DNA of 64,000 nucleotides from Ostrea edulis (Eukaryota): NCBI RefSeq assembly GCF_947568905.1, contig NC_079166.1, positions 88,474,001 to 88,538,000 of the forward strand, read 5' to 3'. Shown piece by piece: positions 58,561 to 64,000 of this stretch (position 1 is its first letter; each line of letters starts with the position of its first letter). The notes under the pieces were generated by a model. It saw only the letters and a program-made list of their open reading frames with translations, ran no database searches and was not told where the DNA came from. The position numbers and the translations under genes were made by a program.

Positions 58561-58768
58561 ACTTGTACGGTACCAATTTTGATGCACCAGATGCGCATTT
58601 CGACAAATAATGTCTCTTCAGTGATGCTCAAGCCAAAATTTTTGAAATCCGAAATAACAATGAAGTTTTAGAGCTATTAGAGGGGAAAACAGTGTGCCAA
58701 AAAATGGAGTCATATTCGTCTAAGGATAAGAGCTATGCGTGAGGGAGATAATCCTTTATTTTGAAATG
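58561..58768 (-). mobile_element. Partial retrozyme-like copy with an intact hammerhead core (58581-58621)
   Basis: Reverse complement reads TTGAGCATCACTGAAGAGACATTATTTGTCGAAATGCGCATCTGGTGCATCAAAATTGGTACCG, preceded by the same internal sequence as 37620-37724. Confidence 0.8.
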
Positions 58769-59088
58769 AAAAAAAGTCTTAAAAAGTTTTTCAAATGATA
58801 AAGAGAATACAATCACTATGATGATTCCGGCTCCACCCCGGAACCAAAACCCTCATCCCCTAGGATCATGAAATTTACAATTTTGGTAAAGGACTACCTA
58901 CTCCTTCTAAAAATCTTTATAGTTTCAATTTAGTATTAACAGCAAAGAAAATATTATTTAAATGTTTTACACACACATGGATACACTACATATACCAAGT
59001 TTGACCCTGCCCTGGAGTCAGAACCCCTACCCCAGGGATCGCGAAATTTACAATTTTGGTAAAGGCTTTTCTTCTCTACACCACTATG

Positions 59089-59682
59089 TATGGTGTCCGG
59101 ATAGGGCCATTTGCAAAAGCGTGACTGCGCGTTAGTCACAACACGCCGTCACGCCAACAAGCAACGCGCCTTCGCGCTCTCACGCCAACAATCAACGCGC
59201 CTTCGCGCTCTCACGCCAACAATCAACGCGCCTTCGTGCAGACAAGCAACACGCCTTCGCGCTCTCACGACAACAATCAACGCGCCTTCGCGCTCTCATG
59301 ACAACAACCAACGCGCCTTCGCGCTCTCACGCCAACAAGCAACGCACCTTCGCGCCGTCACCCCAACAAGCAATACGCCTTCGCGCCGCGTTGCTTGTCT
59401 GCGCGAAGGCGCGTTGCTTATTGTCGTGAGATCGCGAAGGCGCGTTGCTTATTGTCGTGAGATCGCGAAGGCGCGTTGCTTGTTGTCGTGAGAGCGCGAA
59501 GGCGCGTTGCTTGTCTGCGCGTTGCTTGTTGTCGTGAGAGCGCGAAGGCGCGTTGCTTGTCTGCGCGAAGGTGCGTTGCTTGTTGGCGTGAGAGCGCGAA
59601 GGCGTGTTGCTTGTTGGCGTGACGGCATGTTGTGACTAACGCGCAGTCACGCTTTTGCAAATGGCCCTATCCGGACACCATA
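59089..59682. mobile_element. 594-bp foldback element with modular TIRs and a 6-bp TSD
   Basis: Ends TATGGTGTCCGGATAGGGCCATTTGCAAAAGCGTGACTGCGCGTTAGTCACAAC and its reverse complement. The interior is about 30-bp subrepeats, inverted between halves. ACTATG is duplicated at 59083-88 and 59683-88. Confidence 0.9.
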
Positions 59683-59850
59683 ACTATGCATTTAGTTCTT
59701 CTTAAAAATTTGCAGTTGCACAGAAGAATTTTAAAAATTGGTCAATATTCAAATGGCAGTTTTGACACCCCTAAGGTCCAAGGATTGCAGGAGTGCTGAA
59801 ATTAACAAGGTTATGTGTTACTCTGGACCCAAGGATACTTAATACTATTA

Positions 59851-60052
59851 ATGCCGGTGAAGGGCTGCAAAATTTAGGTCTATGCTCGGCACTTATGGCC
59901 ATAAAGCAGGGAGGAATCTTTATCGTGCCACACCTGCTGTGACACAGGACCTCGGTTTTTACGGTCTCATCCGAAGGACCGCCCCATTTAGTCGCCTCTT
60001 ACGACAAGCAAGGGGTACTGAGGACCTATTCTAACCCAGATCCCCACGGGAT
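59851..60052 (-). mobile_element. SINE, same family as 19023-19272
   Basis: Reverse complement of CCCGTGGGGATCTGGGTTAGAATAGGTCCTCAGTACCCCTTGCTTGTCGTAAGAGGCGACTAAATGGGGCGG...CCCTTCACCGGCA. Confidence 0.88.
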
Positions 60053-60574
60053 TACTTCATACTAAATTTCAAAAGAATTGGTAGTAAATTTCAAAAGAAT
60101 TGGTAGTTATGAAGAAGTTAAAAATGTTCAATTGTTAATGCATGAGAGATGACGGGCGTAAATCAACTGCAATATGTCACCAGAGTTTTCTGTACATCTC
60201 AGCTTTATCTCATTAATGGCTGTTCCAATTTACAAGTCTTCATGTTAAAAGGTTCTAAAGTTACGGTTGAGTCACATTTTTCTTATCTTGACCTTAAATG
60301 AATAAATGGGTCAAGGTACATTTTTTTATAAAATGAATCTTGTCTTAATGTCCTCTCTGAATGTTTCAAGATTGAAGTCCTAAAGTCAAAGGGTTCTAAA
60401 GTTATGGCCTGGACGAAATTCTGATGTAAAACATTGACCGTGACAAGGAGAAAAAATGGCGTCATGCACCCCTCCTTATACCACCTCTTCATGTTCCAAG
60501 ATTGAAGTCTAAATCTTTGAAGTTACGTTATGGGGAGACATAATTCGAAATTACAAAAATCAACCCAACATCCA

Positions 60575-61010
60575 TCAATGACACCACCGGATGACACATT
60601 ATCATGCTGATCACAGAATGACACCACCGGATGACACATTATCATGCTGATCACAGAATGACACCACCGGATGACACATTATCATGCTGATCACAGAATG
60701 ACACCACCGGATGACACATCATGCTGATCACAGAATGACACCACCGGATGACACATCATGCTGATCACAGAATGACACCACCGGATGACACATTATCATG
60801 CTGATCACAGAATGGCACCACCGGATGACACATTATCATGCTGATCACAGAATGACACCACCGGATGACACATCATGCTGATCACAGAATGACACCACTG
60901 GATGACACATTATCATGCTGATCACAGAATGGCACCACCGGAGGACACATTATCATGCTGATCACAGAATGGCACCACTGGATAACACATTTTCATGCTA
61001 ATCACAGAAT
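60575..61010 (+). repeat. 40/37-bp minisatellite (about 11 units)
   Basis: ATGACACCACCGGATGACACATTATCATGCTGATCACAGA. Confidence 0.95.
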
Positions 61011-61127
61011 AGGTACAAATTCAAAATCATATAAAATTCTATTCTCAAAAATCTTTAATATTCATTAAAAGCTTCAAAATACATCATTGTAACTGGACGG
61101 ACAAACAATATCATAATCTCCCTGTGT

Positions 61128-61892
61128 AGGAATGCTCCGTTATATTTACTGTGGGGATGCTCTGTTATATTTACTGTGAGGAATGCTCCGTTATATTTAC
61201 TGTGGGGATGCTCCGTTATATTTACTGTGAGAATGGTCCGTTATATTTACTGTGGGAATGCTCCGTTATATTTACTGTGAGGATGCTCCGTTATATTTAC
61301 TGTGGGGATGCTCCGTTATATTTACTGTGAGAATGCTCCGTTATATTTACTGTGGGAATGCTCCGTTATATTTACTGTGAGGATGGTCCGTTATATTTAC
61401 TGTGAGGATGGTCCGTTATATTTACTGTGGGGATGCTCCGTTATATTTACTGTGAGGATGCTCCGTTATATTTACTGTGGGGATGTTCCGTTATATTTAC
61501 TGTGGGGATGTACTGTGAGGATGGTCCGTTATATTTACTGTGAGGATGGTCCGTTATATTTACTGTGGGGATGCTCCGTTATATTTACTGTGAGGATGCT
61601 CCGTTATATTTACTGTGAGAATGCTCCGTTATATTTACTGTGAGGATGCGCCGTTATATTTACTGTGGGGATGCTCCGTTATATTTACTGTGAGAATGGT
61701 CAGTTATATTTACTGTGAGAATGCTCCGTTATATTTACTGGGGGAATGCTCCGTTATATTTACTGGGGGGAATGCTCCGTTATATTTACTGTGGGGATGC
61801 TCCGTTATATTTACTGTGAGAATGGTCAGTTATATTTACTGTGAGAATGCTCCGTTATATTTACTGGGGGAATGCTCCGTTATATTTACTGA
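61128..61892 (+). repeat. 25-bp minisatellite (about 30 units)
   Basis: GATGCTCCGTTATATTTACTGTGGG; explains ORFs 61302-61971. Confidence 0.95.
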
Positions 61893-62020
61893 AATACTGG
61901 GTAAATCAGAATTATTTCTTCCAACATCAATTAAAAACAATACTGGTATCAAACCTAGACATGTGTCATAACAACTTCACACACTGGAAAAAATGCATGT
62001 TCTTAAATGTAAAGGAGATC

Positions 62021-62208
62021 NNNNNNNNNNNNNNNNNNNNNNNNNNNNNNNNNNNNNNNNNNNNNNNNNNNNNNNNNNNNNNNNNNNNNNNNNNNNNNNN
62101 NNNNNNNNNNNNNNNNNNNNNNNNNNNNNNNNNNNNNNNNNNNNNNNNNNNNNNNNNNNNNNNNNNNNNNNNNNNNNNNNNNNNNNNNNNNNNNNNNNNN
62201 NNNNNNNN
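62021..62208. other. Assembly gap (N run)
   Basis: 188 N. Confidence 0.99.
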
Positions 62209-62564
62209 TCTCTGGTCCCCTAGGTCTGGAGCTGAAGCAGGCCACACTGCACCAGTTGGTTGATCTTCCCCCTCAACTCTAAGTCAGCAGTTTGTAATAT
62301 CCTGAAAATGTCAGAAATCAAAACCTGATTCACCTAATGATTACAAAATACCGACAGAGATCTCTGTCTTGCTTTGTGTAGAGGAATCATTAGACAGGAG
62401 CTAGGACAGATGTGACGTTAGAAAACTTCAACCTTTCCTTTACCTGAAAGCTGATAAATATGACTGAATTTTATTCCCAGTTTCACTTGTTGTGCCCCCC
62501 CCCCCCCCTCCATTCCTTGTAGTAACACTACTACAATCCTGGAAGTTGTATAACCAGAGACAGT

Positions 62565-62695
62565 AACAATTAATTACAAGTTAATTACAATTAATCAATT
62601 AATTACAAGTTAATTACAATTAATCAATTAATTACAAGTTCATTACAATTAATCAATTAATTACAAGTTCATTACAATTAATCGATTAATTACAA
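62565..62695 (+). repeat. 29-bp AT-rich tandem repeat
   Basis: AATTAATTACAAGTTAATTACAATTAATC, about 4-5 units. Confidence 0.85.
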
Positions 62696-62769
62696 GAAGC
62701 CAACACAGGCAGAATGGGCATTCTATATAGTTTATTTACCACAGACTAGGAATTGCTACTGTGTTATGA

Positions 62770-63160
62770 ATTGTTATTGTGTATGGGGGAGGGGTGTGTG
62801 TGTGTGTGTAACATTTCCTTATTGTGTACCGGGGGGTTGGGGGGTTGGGGGGGGGGGGGGGGGTTAACATTTCCTTATTGTTAACCGGGGTGTGTGTGTG
62901 TGTGTAACATTTTCTTATTGTGTACCGGGTGTGTGTAATATTTCCTTATTGTGGTGTACCGGGGGGGGGGGAAACAGACATTTCCTTATTGTGTACCGGG
63001 GGGGAGGGGGAGGGGGGGAAAAGAAACATTGCCTTTAATATTGTGTACCGGGGTTAACATTTCCTCATTGTGTACCGGCGGGGGTAACATTTCCTTATTG
63101 TGTACCAGGATAACATTTCCTTATTGTGTACCGGGGTAACATTTCCTAATTGTGTAACAT
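62770..63160 (+). repeat. G-rich degenerate tandem repeat
   Basis: AACATTTCCTTATTGTGTACCGGGG core with variable G/GT tracts. Confidence 0.85.
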
Positions 63161-64000
63161 TCTCAGATTGGAACTACAATGCTTATGCAAAATTTGACAA
63201 TCCTACAAACAGGTCTCAAAGAATTAATAAAATTCGCAATAAAGCATCAAATTTTTTATAATTTATGATAAATAATTTCCTCTAAGAATGTGTTAAGATT
63301 AAAGCAATACAAGCTGTAACTGACGGCAAATAAATTGAAATATAAAAGAACAAATATCTAACATATTTCTGATTGAATATATATAGCTTAATAGAACCAG
63401 AGTGAATCTTTAGTAATAAACCCGTCAAATATGCAGAAAATATCGATTCATGAATCATTGTCATCCTGTCAGTAATTCCTGCTCATAATCTCCGATGCGC
63501 ATTGACCTCGAGGGTCACCAGTTCGGAAAAAGCGAAAAAGAGGCACTGAGCACGTGTCAGATTTGTAAATAATTTAACATGCCAATTTTATACAAAATTC
63601 ATTATCAAAATTTCATTTGAGTAGCACATTTGCGTAATCATTACTCTCTTCCACGTAGTGTCATTCATGAAACGATGTAAATTTTAAAACAAACAATGCG
63701 TCAGTTTCCGTCTTTGTATAAAACCTCGGCCTCAGCAACCCGATTACGTTCGGCAATGTCCGTGTATACGACACAATGGCGGTTTATACGAAACGCTCAT
63801 TGTAGGTGTGCTCTCAAACAATATTCCCTTGTTTATTTTGCTGAATTTTTCTTGAGATCTAGGGGGTTATATTAGTTATACCGATAGGTGTTATGTAATG
63901 CATAATTGAATAGTTGAAAAAATACTACCAGTTACAGCTTGTATTGCTTTAAATATCAAACATGTATTAAATTATCATATATATATGTCTAAAAAATTTA

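Larger units (their letters stand above)
58214..60190 (+). mobile_element. Helentron/HINE (pearl/CvA-type) non-autonomous element hosting nested insertions
   Basis: 5' ACAAGAGGCCCACAGG...GGTCACCTG, internal degenerate tandem units (GAAATTCATAATTTCGG / GAAATTTACAATTTTGGTAAAGG), and a degenerate 3' GATGACGGGCG...TGCAATATGTCACC. The class assignment rests on recalled architecture of bivalve HINE elements. Confidence 0.6.

Noticed and set aside
59111-59660. Arg/Ala/Thr-rich ORFs on both strands
   Set aside because: They are products of the subrepeats of the foldback element.
61841-62263. ORFs spanning N runs (also 32099-32332)
   Set aside because: They are artefacts of assembly gaps translated as X.

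Overview
AT-rich, repeat-dense animal genomic DNA, most likely from an oyster-type bivalve (inferred from its repeat families; no database check was possible). I reconstructed five spliced protein-coding genes by hand, each with GT-AG introns and consistent phases. Two are tandem secreted C-type lectins (+, 8541-17020 and 20539-23917). Two are paralogous secreted proteins with an N-terminal ADDSSEE motif and a C-terminal 8-Cys domain (-, 27166-29062 and 45117-45901). One is an achaete-scute-like bHLH factor (+, 53131-55222). The remainder is about 11 fragments of Penelope-like (Naiad-type) retroelements, tRNA-derived SINEs, a hAT transposase relic, several MITE/foldback elements, a Helentron-like element with three nested insertions, many mini- and microsatellites, and two assembly gaps. 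Most long ORFs in the supplied track are artefacts of tandem repeats. Main observations: (i) a 350-nt retrozyme-like unit bounded by two hammerhead-ribozyme cores (37375-37836), with a third core at 58581-58621; (ii) tandem arrays grown out of the lectin genes' own splice junctions, creating decoy splice sites; (iii) the secreted-protein pair, whose Cys spacing resembles the helical-hairpin nemertean toxin B-IV; (iv) about 27 tandem CAGCTG E-boxes just downstream of the bHLH gene; (v) a satellite built from the 43-bp 3' tip of the Penelope-like element.
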